DNA from: Bigelowiella natans CCMP2755
Lineage: Eukaryota > Protista > Cercozoa
Reading direction: 5' to 3'
Length of the DNA stretch: 64,000 nt
Assembly (NCBI GenBank): GCA_000320545.1
Contig: ADNK01000415.1
Coordinates: 10,414 to 74,413, forward strand
Shown here: one piece after another, positions 38,879-53,145 of the stretch
How positions within the stretch are numbered: the stretch's first letter is position 1
How the letters are laid out: every line of letters begins with the position of its first letter
Position numbers and translations under genes: made by a program
Notes under the pieces: model-generated
What the model saw: only the letters and a program-made list of their open reading frames with translations
Told to the model about the DNA's origin: nothing
The model's database searches: none

Positions 38879-39271
38879 ATATTTACTAATACGCTAATCT
38901 AGCAGTAAGGGTGCTGATTATTCCTCCTACTATACAATAGGAGTTTCTTAATTGCTATGTTGTTGATGATGCGTCTTCCTGTATATCATATACAGACGCA
39001 TGCTTCTCATTGTTACGTATGATCACTGCCCCCCCCCTTTATGTTTCTCTATCAATTCCTTTCTCTTCTCATCATGTACACCGCCGCCACTACAACCACC
39101 ATGACCACCACTACCACCTGCCTCAACCCATGTGCCTGAATACGTGCCTCCACGTCCTCAGGAAGGACAGTAGTCTGTGATACACACATACACACAAACA
39201 CACACACACACACACACATCAATTTACAGAGAAACAATATCCGCAAGAATCCTGAGACAGGTGATTACATA

Positions 39272-39309
<38 letters not shown>

Positions 39310-40150
39310 ATTATTTGTCATCATCCTTTTCTCCTCCTCCTCCTCCTCCTCCTCCCTCCCCCTCCACACAGTTGACCGAATTCCACGTACTACCGTCATA
39401 TCAAAATGAAGTGCTTCTATCTCGGGGTCCAGTCTTACGGCCTGAGAAGAAGACATCGCCACAAATCACACCACTGCTCGCCTCTTGAACGCGGGGCAAT
39501 GAATTGTGTGCTCCGCATTGCCGATGGTGAGTTTTGTGTTAGGCGAAGGTACTTCCATGATCTTCCCCTCCTTGACCAGTCGCGCACGCTCTGATTCCAA
39601 ATCTTGCAGCTATGTACGTTGGTGAGGGATACCGCATTGATCGAATTTACATGATGACAACTTATCTTCTTCGTATTTGGCCACCCCCCCACCATGTGCT
39701 TGATTGTGTAAATAGGGACGACGCGAAAGAACAATCATTTGAATAATCGCTCCACTAACGAGAGCATCATGGAAGAATGAAAATCTTCGTTCAGAGATTA
39801 TGAGACTTGCTTGTTAGGCCCTGTTTCTCGCCATTGGTATCTCAGGTGGTTTAAAGAAGAAAACGTTGGACAATTTTCGATGATGCTACTAGCACTACCC
39901 TGAGCATGCATAACTTGGACTTTATAGCCGAAGCATGTGCGTCAATCTAAGAAATATCGATCCATCATTTAAACCAATCATGCTGCGAACGATTTTGCAT
40001 ATAATTAAAAGCAGGGGGAAAGTTGTTTGAATTATTGAACACTAAAAGCTAACAATACCGATGGCCTCTTCTGAACCTGCGGGAAGACAGTCCCAGATAC
40101 ATCAACGCCTTTGATGGTGAACAACATGGAGAGAAAGAGAGAAAGAGAGA

Positions 40151-40185
<35 letters not shown>

Positions 40186-42662
40186 CATGAATCAACAATG
40201 GATGATATGTGCTGAGGGTAAAGAAGTGGATTCATCACATTTCATCAATCTACTGCTGCTGCATGGTATTATACCTCGAATCCATTCCTGGGGAGGGGTG
40301 CAGACAAAGTGCTTCGATTGCGAATGATACATCACATCAAAGCTTTCAATTTCAGCCCGCTTCATTCTGAACTTGTTTTCAAAATCTTGCAAGTCCGTTT
40401 CGAATCTCTGGGACTTATTCTGCCGAATATCGATGTACCGCCCCACGCTCTGGAGCTGCCTCTTTAACTTCATTATCTATAATTTAAAAGGGAGAGATTA
40501 TCATCACCAGAAATCCATTCTCAAAAGTGGTTATCGATCATTCTGCTGGACCTTGAGAGTATTCGTTAAATTGGTGCTACTACTGTGATTCAACGTGGAG
40601 ATCTCTGTCGTTATCTCATGCCTGAACGTATCCTGAAAATCGGGTATTTATTGGTGTTAATTGCACAATAGATCAAAGGCGATAGTACAGCAGAATCAAC
40701 CCACCCAATAGCTTGCCACTGCCTTTTCCACTGCATACTGTGCGTCATTCTGAGAATTAATGTGGTTTGTCGCCATTATGGATCATCATCACCATCATCA
40801 TCATCACTATTCCTACAAGCAACAATCAGGCGTGTGTTACTATTCTTGTTCTTGTTGTTGTTGTTGTTGCTGTTCTTGCTGCTACATCTATCTACAGATA
40901 GTAGTACCCGAGAATCAAAGGATCCAATCCATTTTTTGACTCTCCCATCTATTCATCGTCAATTTGTGAAATTCTCGTCATCAATACCATATAACATTTA
41001 TATTTAGCATCTCGCCCAACAATCAGCAACCGCAAACGGGAAGATCGACAACCTGAAATAATAATTAATAGCAGCACCTGGTCTAGATGGCTCCATTTTG
41101 AAGAACCCACCACGCCATTTTGATGTTTTCTTGTCGTAGTAAATGAACCTGAGGAGGACAACTTGTTAGTGACTGTTGACGACAGAGTGAATCTCTGTTT
41201 CGAGAGAATTACTGCTGTGAAGGCCTTTTCATTTGTGATGATGCAGCCGTTATATTTCTTTCAAAGCTGATTAATTGGCTCTCCATCGCTTCAGCAAGAG
41301 ATACATTGCCGACGGCACGGGCCATCTTAATGCTTTCCACTAATCTCAAGCGGCGTCGATATTGCTGGTAACCCCTAACCTGCAATGTCAAGGATCAGCC
41401 ATGAGAACCATATATCTCGTCGGTGCGCTGTTAAAACTTATTTGAAGGACCGTTGCAATCTTTCCGAGCACCTTGAACAGATGGAATAACAACAAATAAG
41501 ATGATCTTCATATCTTAAAATTCAATTTTCGTGTAACTCAAACAGGTGATATACACATATATGTATACACACATATGTATAATGAATACCTGGCATTTTC
41601 CGCCATGAACTCGCCAATGTCGTTCCAATGACTTCATGTTCTTATAGTTCTTTTACAAAAACCATGGTATTACCTATGTCTATCAGATGATCGATATTTA
41701 CTCACAAACCCGCGAATGCGATCCACAAATATGACATCGGAGCTCATTGCCATCAGCACCCTCATCGGTGAAATTGGGTGAGAATCGTGACATCAGCCAT
41801 CGTTCGTAAAAACACTGAATCTGATGAGAAAGAGCGGGAAAAGCTTCACGGTTGAATCTTGGACCTCAGTGAACGCATTGTTACCGCTATCTTGGACACA
41901 TTTTTCAGCTCATCCAAACGACAAATGTCATAGAATCGGTGTTGCAGTCGCCGTCCCTAAGTATAATGTGCTCTCTGCTGAGGATTTATGATTTTATAAA
42001 TAGAAAAATGCAGTCATGGCGTCTATATCGGAACCTCAGACACTATCAGGAGCTTCTGGTCCTTCGAAAGCCCCTTCGTGGAAGCTTGCTTGCTCTTGTA
42101 AGGGCGTGAGTTCATGCCAATGTGAGGGGTGTTCCGGGGTACATCAACATGCAACAACATGTAAACGAGGAAGATGGCAACTCCTGCACCGTGGTATCTA
42201 AATTTTGAAGACTTCCCACCACCGTGCCGTCTGATCGGAGCGTCGTAGTTCATGGGTGTGAGCAGAACTCCAGAAATCAAGAACTAACTTTCCCCCCAAG
42301 TAAGGAACAACATCCCATGACGCGCGTTATGAGAAATAACGCGAGGGTGGGTGATTCCGAGGGAAGAGAAAGGAACTAGTTCGGGGCGGACATGGGTCCC
42401 CCGACCTTCCTTCGTAACATGTAATCGTTGCTCCTTTTTTTCAAAGGGCGGATGGGTATTGGCTTTGTTGACGTCCTCCTGGAAATACATGCGATTTATA
42501 TTCCGCGACAATCTTCTTGATATATGAAGGTAACGACACCCATTTCCCTTCTCCGTCAATATGTTTTATGAAGAAACACTAGAAACAGGTGTATGACACA
42601 GGCATAATGCAAGTCGTCTCCTCAATGGTCCTTGTGAAGCCGAAGGAACCAGCCAGCTCCAT
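36995..42662 (-). CDS. Large multi-exon gene with a C2H2 zinc finger and coiled coils (possibly two genes)
   Basis: Spliced ELRCHICGSHSR|NYKNMKSLERHWRVH finger (~41600-41745). Coiled-coil exons at ~41230-41380 and ~40335-40477. Further exons LQDLESERARLVKEG, EENIQWEPRYRG and DPTAKRESYVR. Boundaries partly uncertain. Confidence 0.5.
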
Positions 42663-42756
42663 TCCTCTTACTCAACACACGTTTATTTGACAGTAAAGCT
42701 TCGAGATATTCATTGGGCTTCGTGATAAGAGGGGAAAATAGAAGTAAAAATTAAAA

Positions 42757-44467
42757 ATGAGTGAAGACATGACGATTCGACACGATGCAGAAGGTGAGAA
42801 AACTTCGTCTTCGTCGGGCGTCTCAGCTCCTTGTTCTGATAAGACTGGAAAAGCTGAGAAAGGACTTTCGAACAGTGGGGGTGGGATGGAAGATGGTGCT
42901 GAGGTTGATACGGATACTGATGAGTGCATCTTCTGCATGGATAGCATTTCAAAGGATGACCAGGGCGGAATTGAGTGCTGCGAGCATATATTTCATGCAG
43001 ATTGTATTAAAAATTGGTCTAAATTTAATAACCAATGCCCATTATGCAGAAGAAGGTTCTACAAGATACGTCGTTGTATCGTCATGGGGAATCAGCTTAA
43101 ATATATTGATATGCATGTCAAAGATGTGGATCAAAAGATAGAAGAGGATGGAGATGGCAGCCCTGATGATTTCCTCGGCGACTTAGAAAATTTCCTCGGT
43201 GAAGATGACAACTTTGTCGTACATGACGAATACGAACATGAATATTACAACGATGAGGAATATCAGGTTGCAGCTACGAAATAGTTCACTTATGAATTAG
43301 CATGTTTGTGACAATGCGATCTTGACTGCATAGTGCGATGTTTACCGTTGAGATTGATGAATTATACTCACCACACAAAGGAGAGAGATGACGGCTCTAA
43401 GGCATTACATATTGTAGGGTCATATAGAACAAGATCAAGGTGCAGAGCTGAGAAGAAGCAGTAGATCTGCAAGACCACCACAACCGCAACCGTTGTCGGT
43501 TCCGAGAAGCCTTCATCGTTTCACACGTTCGTATCTTGGTGTCTCATATCGTGAGATGTGTGAAAGTAGTGAAAGACGTCGCGCAGAGGTTGCATCGGCT
43601 AAAGAAGAGCAGCACAGGGAAACAAAATTCGCAGAGACACCTGTGCAGCCTCGGCAGAGCGAAAATGAAACGAGAAAGAAACGGCGCCAAAAAAAAAGGT
43701 TAGCTGCCCAACAAGCACAGCTGAGGGAGACAAAAATCATAAGGACATATGCACAGTCTCGACGGAGTAGAAATGAAACGATTTCAAGAAGTACAACACA
43801 GCGAAAATATAACCATCAGTCTCGTGACAAGAATGTGTCAGACGCGAGGAAAAGAGCTGCCGCCATTCTTCGGTTGGAGAGGAAGCGCAAATTGCGCATT
43901 TTTGCAAAGAAATTTTTCCGTGATGGGAAACAACATCAGCAACATCCATATGAAAGAAATCGGAAGCAGAGACAGCCCAAGCATAGATTACAACAGAAAA
44001 GCAATCGACACCAGGGAAAGGGAAATGGTGTCTCACAAACACAATCAAGTTTGAATGGTTGCAAAGGAAAACTTAAGAGAAGAAAGAAGGCATTCTCATC
44101 GACACCGAACATCGTAGATTTGATTTTGAATGACATGGATGACAAACAGGACACCAGTTCATTTGATTCAAAACCATCATCATCCTCATCATCATCAGCA
44201 GCAGTAGCAACGGCACAATCTTCTCATCAGACCCAACTCATACCACCACCTTCCCATTTGAATCGGACGAGTGCTGAAGACAACATGAAGCGGAATCAAC
44301 GTAGAGTTCAGCAGCAAACAACGAATCGGAAGAGAGAGAGAATTCAGATCAATGGCGCAAGGAAGCAGGAAACAAAAACAACTAGTTCAGTCCGCAAGCG
44401 CAAGAGGATAAAAATTCCACGCCGAAAATTGTGCCAAAGGCTGATGCTACTTAGCAAAGCAATTTGA
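42757..44467 (+). CDS. RING-H2 finger protein with basic low-complexity C-terminus (putative E3 ligase)
   Basis: CIFC..CCEHIFHADC..W...NQCPLCR. Intron 43267-43417 joins exon 1 in frame to the 43493-44467 ORF. Confidence 0.85.
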
Positions 44468-44778
44468 TCGTAGCATGATAGGCTGCACAATGTTTCTTCT
44501 TGTGAAGAAATCATGACGCCACAATGATGCATGTACACTAGTACACACGAGCGGAGCACAGCTGCCCCCGTCGCGCTCGCTTGCGCAATCAGTTGTTTGT
44601 ATTAGTTGTTGCGATCCTGGAGCGTGTGCGTGATCATTTGTGCGATTGTCGCACTTCATCTCATTGACGTTGGAAGAATTAGCAACTAGTCTAGTAGTGG
44701 CAATGGCAGAACCTGCACATCACTAGAAGACTGCCCCGTGCATTTGTCACAACAATGACACTCATTGTATTTTTATCG

Positions 44779-46190
44779 CTACATGCCCTTTTGATTCTTG
44801 CACACGTAGTACAAAAAATACAAATTTCCAATCACAAGAAACCAAATTCCAAGGTCGCTTCCCGCCGAATAGTTTCGAGATTGAAAATCTTGTTCTTCGC
44901 TTACAGAGGCATCCCGTTGAACGATTGTAAATGTGAAAGCAAGAATACTTAATCCTGTGATAGGTACAATTATGATCGCTGAGATTAATAGACATGCAAG
45001 CCTTTTCTTGGCGTAAGTATATTGCTTCACGGTCAAAAGACGGCGCTTCTTCGCTTCTGAGACAATAGTCTGTAAAGGCTTCATCTTGACGCTTGTTGCT
45101 GTATGTGATTCTTCGACGCATTCTGATTGATGCTGACCTGAGGCAACAGAATGCACAGAAAAGTTCTTGTTGTTTGGTGGACCGGTTCCGTTTCTGGTGT
45201 AATCACTTTTGCTAGTTGGCGAATTTGCAACATATTCTTTATCATGTTTGCGGTCTGTGATAAAAAGCATATTATGTTAAACAATGGGATATTATTACAA
45301 GTCTCATTTTGTCAAAAAATAAGACAACACCCTTGTTTGAGTAATTTAGGGGTTGCTTGTCATTAGTAGTCTGAGAGGGATTTGAATTCTCAAGAATCCC
45401 CTGCAAAACATAACTGCGAAGCCTCACCAAACAACATATGTAATAGAAACCACAAACAAGTATTGTCAATCCCGCGGTAACTTGTCTCAATGCCGCCCAT
45501 CGATTGTCGTCGGTCACAATGGTTGCGATGAGAGAGGCCACAAACAACACTTCCGGAAATATGATCGCTGTATATTTTGAAAACATATATTTAGAAAACG
45601 AGTTGCAGCACATGTAATGATATGTAACCGACCTGCTATTAAAGATGAAGTTGCCGACGATGGTATTCTTATAGTGATATTCACTAATGAATATGCCGCT
45701 AGGCTCACAAGGTAGACCAAAATCTTACGTAAAATAAGATGAAGATTATACATGTGATAGGAAAGCTACAACGAAGTCGTGGACATGTTTACTATGTTTA
45801 CCACAACGAGCCCGAGTAAATTTCCCTATGTAAATAAAGGATAGTGTGTCTGTTAATGCTGGTCGAGCGTGCGTTTATGCGTTTAGTGTTGACTTTACAA
45901 CTGTATCAAAAACTCTATAATTGTTTCTCTACCACAGCTATGGTGTTGAGGGTGATGCTTGCTTCCCTATTCATTAAAAGAGGTTTGTCTTGTCAACTAT
46001 GTCAACTTGTGCTACTTTCACATTTAGTGTAACTTATCGATTGAAATTAGTATCACCATCCATAATAGAATGGCTCGTGTAATCCGAAAATATACACCAC
46101 TAGAAGCAAAGCTTGGAAAGTTGTCAACCTGTCCCATCAAAGATGCATCACATGTAATAACTGACATCCAGATCTAACATTGAATGGCCA
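44779..46190 (-). CDS. Multi-pass membrane protein (7TM/GPCR-like topology)
   Basis: Hydrophobic segments LTTFQALLLVVYIFGL, IIFPEVLFVASLIATIV, AGLTILVCGFYYICCLV, a long polar loop, then LACLLISAIIIVPITGLSILAF and GIWFLVIGNLYFLYYV. 5' end approximate. Confidence 0.6.
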
Positions 46191-46352
46191 AGCAATCCGT
46201 TAAAGGACTACAGGACTACAACCTTCTCATCGATGTGAGATGAACATTCACCGTCTTCGATTCGTAAAAAAACAACCACAAGAACTGTGCTACACATCCC
46301 GCAATCTTGAGGGAGTCGCTAACGACCCATACCAAATCGGTCATCTGGAGCT

Positions 46353-49300
46353 ATGATTGATGATGGAAGTGAATGTTCATGCGCGCACGTTTTGGATCAG
46401 GTCATGAGTAGTGTCCCCCACATCCCACAAAACGGTTCTGTGCTCACTTTGTGTTCACACTGAGTTTCCATGTATTTTACCAAGTCGCAGAGGACGAATT
46501 CCATGCGTTCAAGGTTGTAAACACGTACACGTGGAAAACAAAAGTGCTAAAAATGGGATCTCTTGGTCGTTCAGTCTTTGCAGAGATTGCTCATTTGTTT
46601 CAAAGCATGTTCGGACATTTGATTTGTTCCCTGCGACACGATGAGGATGTGCAAAGCGCAGATTGCATAAAAAGCAACGCGATTCGAATCCTGCGACATG
46701 AGAGAGAAATGGTGAAGAACTTTCGAGCAAATTACGATGACCCGTGGCATTTTGTGTTGCAAAAAGCATGTCGTAAAACAAAATTCACCTGTGTTGTCAA
46801 ACATAATTTATACGAGCATTTCATTGCCCCCTCTGTCGGCATGATCAAACTCTTGACCCTAGTGGGCTTGGCCTTAGCAGATGATATATCAACCTCACTG
46901 TCACCATCCTCAGTATCTCGGGAGAGCAATATCTTGAGTTGGGAGCCAAAAGATATTCAGGCCTTCTTCCTGGAGGCTGGCAGGACTGAGGTAATATTTT
47001 TGATTCGCGAGGGGTGCAGCCACTTTCCTACAATTGATGTTTACTAATTTACGCATGTACAAATTCTAGTATCAGTCCGAATAGATAATTAGTCTGTGCA
47101 CTATTATTTTGATATTGCTTAGCATCCCATTGTTTTTAATAATGTGAGTTCAGGTGAACTTGTCTTTGATCGAGGACATGGGGCTAACAGGGTCTGATTT
47201 CTTGAGGGGTGTCCTCGATGGGGATGTACTTGATGCCTTAGGAGTAAATTCAATACTATCAAAGAAACGAATCTTGAATGCGGTAGGTTTTAATAAAGGT
47301 ATAGTAAATATCATATTTTTAAATCTGCGATGACAACAAAGGTGGATCATCTCCAGTTTGAGTCCCTTCCAGAGGATCTTTTCGAACAGGGAAGTGCAAA
47401 CCGCCTCTTGAAGACGGTGCTGTTAATAATATTAAGATAAAGATATCGAATAGCTATTGCTTATGGTATTTGATTCTGTACTGTATACATGAAAACAGAT
47501 ACGACAGTTACAAGTTGAGCACTTCGGTTCTCCTCCAAAGGACATCCTTGAACGGCGTAGCGCAAACCGTCCAATATTTTATTGGCTGTCTTCAATGTAT
47601 TCTACGTACCAAACTTACGCCTAAGGGGGAGAGAGAGAGAGATACAAACACTAAGATGGTATGGAGAAAGCCCCTCTGTATGAAACATGAAACAGACTGA
47701 TAGGAGAAAGGGGGATGATCTCAAAATAATTAGAGACACCGAAAAGAAGCTTCTTCTTAGGTACGAAAGTGCGCCACGCAGTACGCTAATATGGCTACGG
47801 TACTTCCGCGAGAACAAGGATAATGGGCTCGATATGCTAACCGAACAAATTCGGTCGTTAGATTCGACACACTTCTGGCTACAGACATTCTTTATCCCCA
47901 ACTATCCAGGTAATATGGCGAATCTTAAAGCTATGCTCTTCAGAATATAAATCTTTGTTGTGTACAGCATATGTGCTTTCAAAAACACTGGATCTAGATT
48001 CCTGGGTCGATGAAATCATAGAGTAATAACAACAAGCTGTGCATCATTGATAAAAATATCGGCTTAATTTAATGAAACATATGTGCATGTGCATGTTTGT
48101 TTTTTATCATCTAGGTATACAATTTTAGCAAAGATTTTCTTAAGTACGTGCTCCATTTTAATTTGCCTCCGAGAAATTTATAGAGGCAGGCGGACATTGA
48201 AGCAAATTCTAAAAAATAACCTCTTCGAGGATTTCAAAAGAGCTGTAGCATGCACATTATATTGGTAACTCTCACCAGTATTAGGATCCATAATTTTGAA
48301 AAAATGTTAACATTGATGTCAACTGTATGATCAAATGCTGTGTGATGTCTAACATGTAAATGGTACACTTAGGATGGGATTCAACTACACCTTGTACTAC
48401 ATCATCCCAAATTTCGTTCTGGATTTTCTCTTTTACTCGTGCGTCTACTTGTTGTATCCTCTCTCTATCATCGTCAATGTTTGTGTTGGCATTATTGCGA
48501 TTTCTGAACTTGAGGTCGAGCAGACATTCATTCATTGGCTGGTAAGTTAGTAGTTCGGTAGACGCAGGGAGCACTGAAACTTTGTAGAAGTAGTTCTGAT
48601 GATGCTTAATGCTGATGCTGTAGATAAGTGATAATAAGAATGAACCTGTTTGGTTGCGTGCCTTCCACTCTTTCCTATCCCTCTCAGCATCTCTCCGCTG
48701 TGATTACGCCTAAACATCCTATTTTCTCCATCTGTGACGAATTTAACCAATTAGCGAATCATGGTGGAAGATTATCTACTTGGTCCTGTTCTTCGAATTC
48801 GTCGGGACAACATCCTTGACTCGTCGGTGTTTGAGCTTCAGAGATTTTACAAGTTCAACAGGAACAAAAACCGGAGAAATTCCGTCCCAAAGATAAGATT
48901 CATGAAGGATAACAAGGTAAGTGGGTTGTAATTGGAGAGCATTTCATTCTGTAATTATCAACCAATTGCACTTCTTTTGTATCCCCAATATCATCATCGG
49001 ATTTATCATTGTCAGCCAGAAACTGGAATTGACTTAAATGGACTGTTTCGTGAGTGGTTAACGCTCGCGGCTGCAGAGTTCTTTGATGAAAAACGGTTAA
49101 TCAGCAGCTGAAGTAGTAGTATAGCGGTAGTTGTATCCCTTTCTGACTGTCAAATCAAATTTTCCCTCTATTCAATTCTCCCTCCCTTACAGAAACGGTC
49201 TGGTAACGAGCGTTAGGATTGAGGAGAAGGACAGTGATCTCGTCGAATCCTATGCGGGAAATAGCTGGGGCCTTCCCTCAGGTGCAACCTACTTCCGGCT

Positions 49301-51903
49301 CAGTGAAACGCCCGATGCACTGTCTCCAGCCGGTCAGTGGCATATAGTTTGTTGTAATAGTCAGATACAAGCAGTTATGATAAATGTATGCAGGATGAAA
49401 ACGAAAATGAAATACATGATGATGATGACGATAATCATTGATTGTTCACACTTTACTTGTTTATATTCGACCTAGATTATTACATTACTTTTCAAACCTG
49501 TTCATACACATGGTTCTCTTTTTATTTTCAATTTTATCATTCCGCGCATAGAGAGTAACGGAACGACTGCAGGATACAAGGAACGTTTACGTGCACTAGG
49601 GCAGCTGATCGGTCTTTCAGTAGCCACTAACTGTCCCCTTGGTGTAGACCTCTCCCCCTCCCTCTGCAAGGCGATATGTAATATTGCGCTTGCGGACGAA
49701 GACCTTCTGTTTCTCTCTCCAATGAAGTAAGCATAGAAAATAGGAGAAGGAACAAAATATAGTACGTTCAATGATACATGGAGATGATTTAGTGTCAATA
49801 GCCACAGATATTCCCTTTTTGTAAGACTTCACACAAATTCATCTGGTAGGTATAAGTACTATCGAATGTGCACGGATAAATCACTTAGCTTAGCTGAGAA
49901 GAAAAAGCGCGTTCAGCTTTACTTCGATGACTGGGAGTTCTCCGCGATCAGCCGCCAGCAGCAAGCGTTTCAAGCTAAATTTCAGGCTAAAAAATTGCGA
50001 GAAGAAGAGCATCAGGTACATATATTAAGAGAAGCTGAGGACGGCAAGGACACCGAGGGGCACGAGGTTAAGGAAGTTAATAGAAGCCAAAAAAGAAAAG
50101 GGGGATGTGTAGACGATGACGACAATACTGCAATCAGCGATGGCTCTACTATAGACCAAGGTACAGCACGTTTCCAAATTTAAAGAATGTAAAAAATTTT
50201 GACTTCATCGGTGGTAGGAATACAGCCGAGATTATGTCACAGGCAAAAATATCGATGTATTCTATGCCCGACTGCACCACACACACATACAAGATACGCA
50301 TAAATGGGTTTGTGTAGAATTCTGGCAGGATATTTTCGAGGATGAAGGTTTGAAAGAAGTAGGTCTTCGAGAACAGCAAGGTTATGGCATGTGCACATTT
50401 TTGTCTTAAGATCTATGTGCTTTACTTTATTTTAGTTTTTCTGTTTTTCTTTCGCATCATACTACAGCATCGAATGAGAGTAAGGTAGAGGGGAGGAGCA
50501 GCATAAGTATCGATGTTCCCGACACAAGTAACGAACTTCGTCCAAAGCTCATCAGGCGCGAATCATTGCTGTCACCTAGCACCAAAGGACAAAAAGTAAC
50601 AGTGGAAAATCTGGAGAATTATGCAGCCTTGTGTGTAGAAAAGAGGTTGTTTGACAATGTGAAAGAAGCTCTTACGCTGGTGCGATTGGGTGTCGACGAT
50701 GCTCTTGAAGGATGGTGGACAGATGGTCATCTTCTTCATTTTCAGAAAGAACAATCGCACCAAAATATTAATCTTAAGTGAGTATCATCAACTTTTGGCC
50801 AGGGTCCACTGGAATGTCCGCGATTGCTTCACCATCCGAGGAGTCTCGGAAGGAGTTCAAGGGACAAAGTACATGCTTGTATTGTGAGTGTAGGAATCTT
50901 ATCTTCGTGTACGACTCAATCTATTTTACACTGTTTATACACCGTTTGTAAAAGTCTGAAAAGGGTGGTTACTGCTTGTATGTGTTTATCTACCTTTTAA
51001 TCTTTGTCCACAATTCTTCTCCGTAAACCCAAATTTTGCACAAGCTGAATAGTTATTTATGTGTGGATGTTTTTGTGCGTATTTTGTTTCTCGTTAACCT
51101 ACAGCAAGTCCAACAGCAAGTAAACATAGCGCAACTTCGAAAGAATATGATTGATATCAAAATTTACACAATTGACTGTACAAAAGCAACCGTACATGCG
51201 CGTTGGTGCAATTTTAGAACACCACCTTTCAATTTATCAACTATACTAGCATCCCAGTTGCGTCATCATTATTATTTATCAACAGCAGTTATTGTTTCAA
51301 TAACATGCTATACAACTATCCTCAAATCATCATCCTCTTGTCTAATACTAGGGACCTTGATATCTGCGAAAATGATCCAGATAAAAAACGCAGGCAAACC
51401 AGGCATCGACATGAGCGATTTCAAAGCACACACACATATAAAAGGTTATCAAATTCAGATTTGACTGAAAAGAAAGTGTTGCATCCGGGCCAATTAACAC
51501 AGTCTCTGCTGTTGTGAAGTTGTAAATACTCCTGGCTATCTGTTTTGCCTACTTCCAGGCGATGTGCGAGTAGGTCAGCTTTTCTTTGAGGTAATGGAGG
51601 AAGATGAGGCTCTAAGGATGAAGTATTTCCGATGGCTTACCGGTTTCCCTCCATTGTTCACTTCTTATCCTCCCTCTCCCTGACTTCTCTCTCGTTCTTC
51701 CTTCAGGACTACGCAGGTTGCCTCCTGGGGGATTCAGGGACCTTCCCAATCAAGTCACATTGAACATAGGCAAAGATCCGTCTCGACTCCCCGTTGCTCA
51801 TGCATGCGTGTTCCAATGCGATCTACCGCCTTACACGACTAAGGAGGCCATGCACAAAGGTCTTTCATTGGCCGTAGAGAGCACAACCTTTGCGTTGGCG
51901 TAG
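46353..51903 (+). CDS. HECT E3 ubiquitin ligase with N-terminal SAM-like domain
   Basis: HECT: LRIRRDNILDSS, ETGIDLNGLFREWL, KVTVENLENY, WLTG..LPPGGF, RLPVAHACVFQCDLPPY..LAVESTTFALA*. SAM-like: SWEPKDIQAFF..LTGSDFL..LDALGVNSILSKKRIL (~46935-47282). Confidence 0.88.
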
Positions 51904-51960
51904 TTTTTGTGCTCCATTTACACAGTGCACATCTACGATTGCGTAGTGTGAGAAGGAGAC

Positions 51961-53145
51961 TTCTAGACTGCTAGACTGCTTGCGTCTCGTCTTGCACAGC
52001 ATTTCATGATCATCATCACTGCTGTTCTTCTCACCTCAAGTGACGCTAGCTTGACTTCCATCAGTGATGTGCTTGTTTGCTGGACTCACATGTCAACAAT
52101 TGCATGCATGCATGTTTGCACTGGTTTCATTCTGAATGCTGCATGCGCTTTCTAGCTTTGAATGAGCTGCCTGCACTCTAGCACTGTCAATTTGAAGACT
52201 TTTCCGATGTTTCCTTTGCCAGCCTAAATGAGCATCAGTTTCCAACATCTTCATCCAGGGTGGCTAGCTAGCAGGCCCAGACTAGCAGAGCTAGCGCAGA
52301 GCTCTAGAGCTAGCAGAGGCGCACAACTTGACAATTTGATGGCACATGCACACATTCAATTCCATCCCTGGTTTTGCCAAGACTCACACCTCTAGACCTG
52401 GGAGCGTTGCAACACGTGCTCACACAGTTCACAAATCAAAATGCTCCCAATTTGAAAAAGACACACGCAAAACCAACTGGCCAAGCTGCACAACAAATTG
52501 TGCAGACGAGCTGTCCCTTCTTGTTTTCATGTCACTGTTGATCTGACTTGGTGGCTGTCAAGTCCACGAGGTCGAGGTGCGCTTGGGCGATTGATTGGTT
52601 GATTTGTGATTGTCACGCGGTGCTAGCGTGGTCACGTGCACCGTGACAGCCTGGTGTTTCCAACGTGCAAAGCTGGAAAGGGCACGCTTGTGCCACTCTG
52701 GCAGCTGTGGCACGCTTGTGGACGTGTCTCAGACAAAAAATGAAGAGTGAACGAACGACGTGTTTCCAATCCAGGCAATGCAGGAATCGCAGAATTCCAT
52801 CAACGACTTGGTGAATGACCGTGAACGGACGATCGAGTCAACGAAGTTTTCTTGTTTGTGCACACAAAAGTGCACTGGATCAATTCAATTTGTCAATCCG
52901 CACCGTTCTCAATTTTTTTCGTTTGAATTTCAAAGCCGCGATTTGCCAATGAGGGACTTTGTTGGCTTCTTGATCTGCGCTTGCAGCTTGCGTCCCAAGC
53001 ACTTTCATTCCGATCGCGCTTCTCCTTCCTAGCTTCCTCCAACGTTCCAGCGTTCCTCAAATTCAACAACTTTCAGTTCCATGCTTTTCAGCTCATTCTC
53101 TAGCCTAGCGATCCTGAAATCCGCCGGAAAATTGGAGCAACCCGA
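51961..53145. other. TpA-erased block (TA survives almost only as CTAG)
   Basis: Manual count: 17 TpA in ~1185 bp, 16 in CTAG and 1 in CTAA (52224). Normal TpA use resumes abruptly from ~53150. Confidence 0.9.
52750..53115 (-). pseudogene. Degenerate coiled-coil gene fragment
   Basis: RIARLENELKSMELKVVEFEER then frame-shifted TLEEARKEKRDRNE.. with stops. Lies inside the TpA-erased block. Confidence 0.4.

Noticed and set aside
51961-53145. CpG-methylation decay or fungal RIP as the cause of the TG/CA-rich blocks
   Set aside because: CpG is plentiful and TpA is depleted, whereas RIP would enrich TpA and 5mC decay would deplete CpG.
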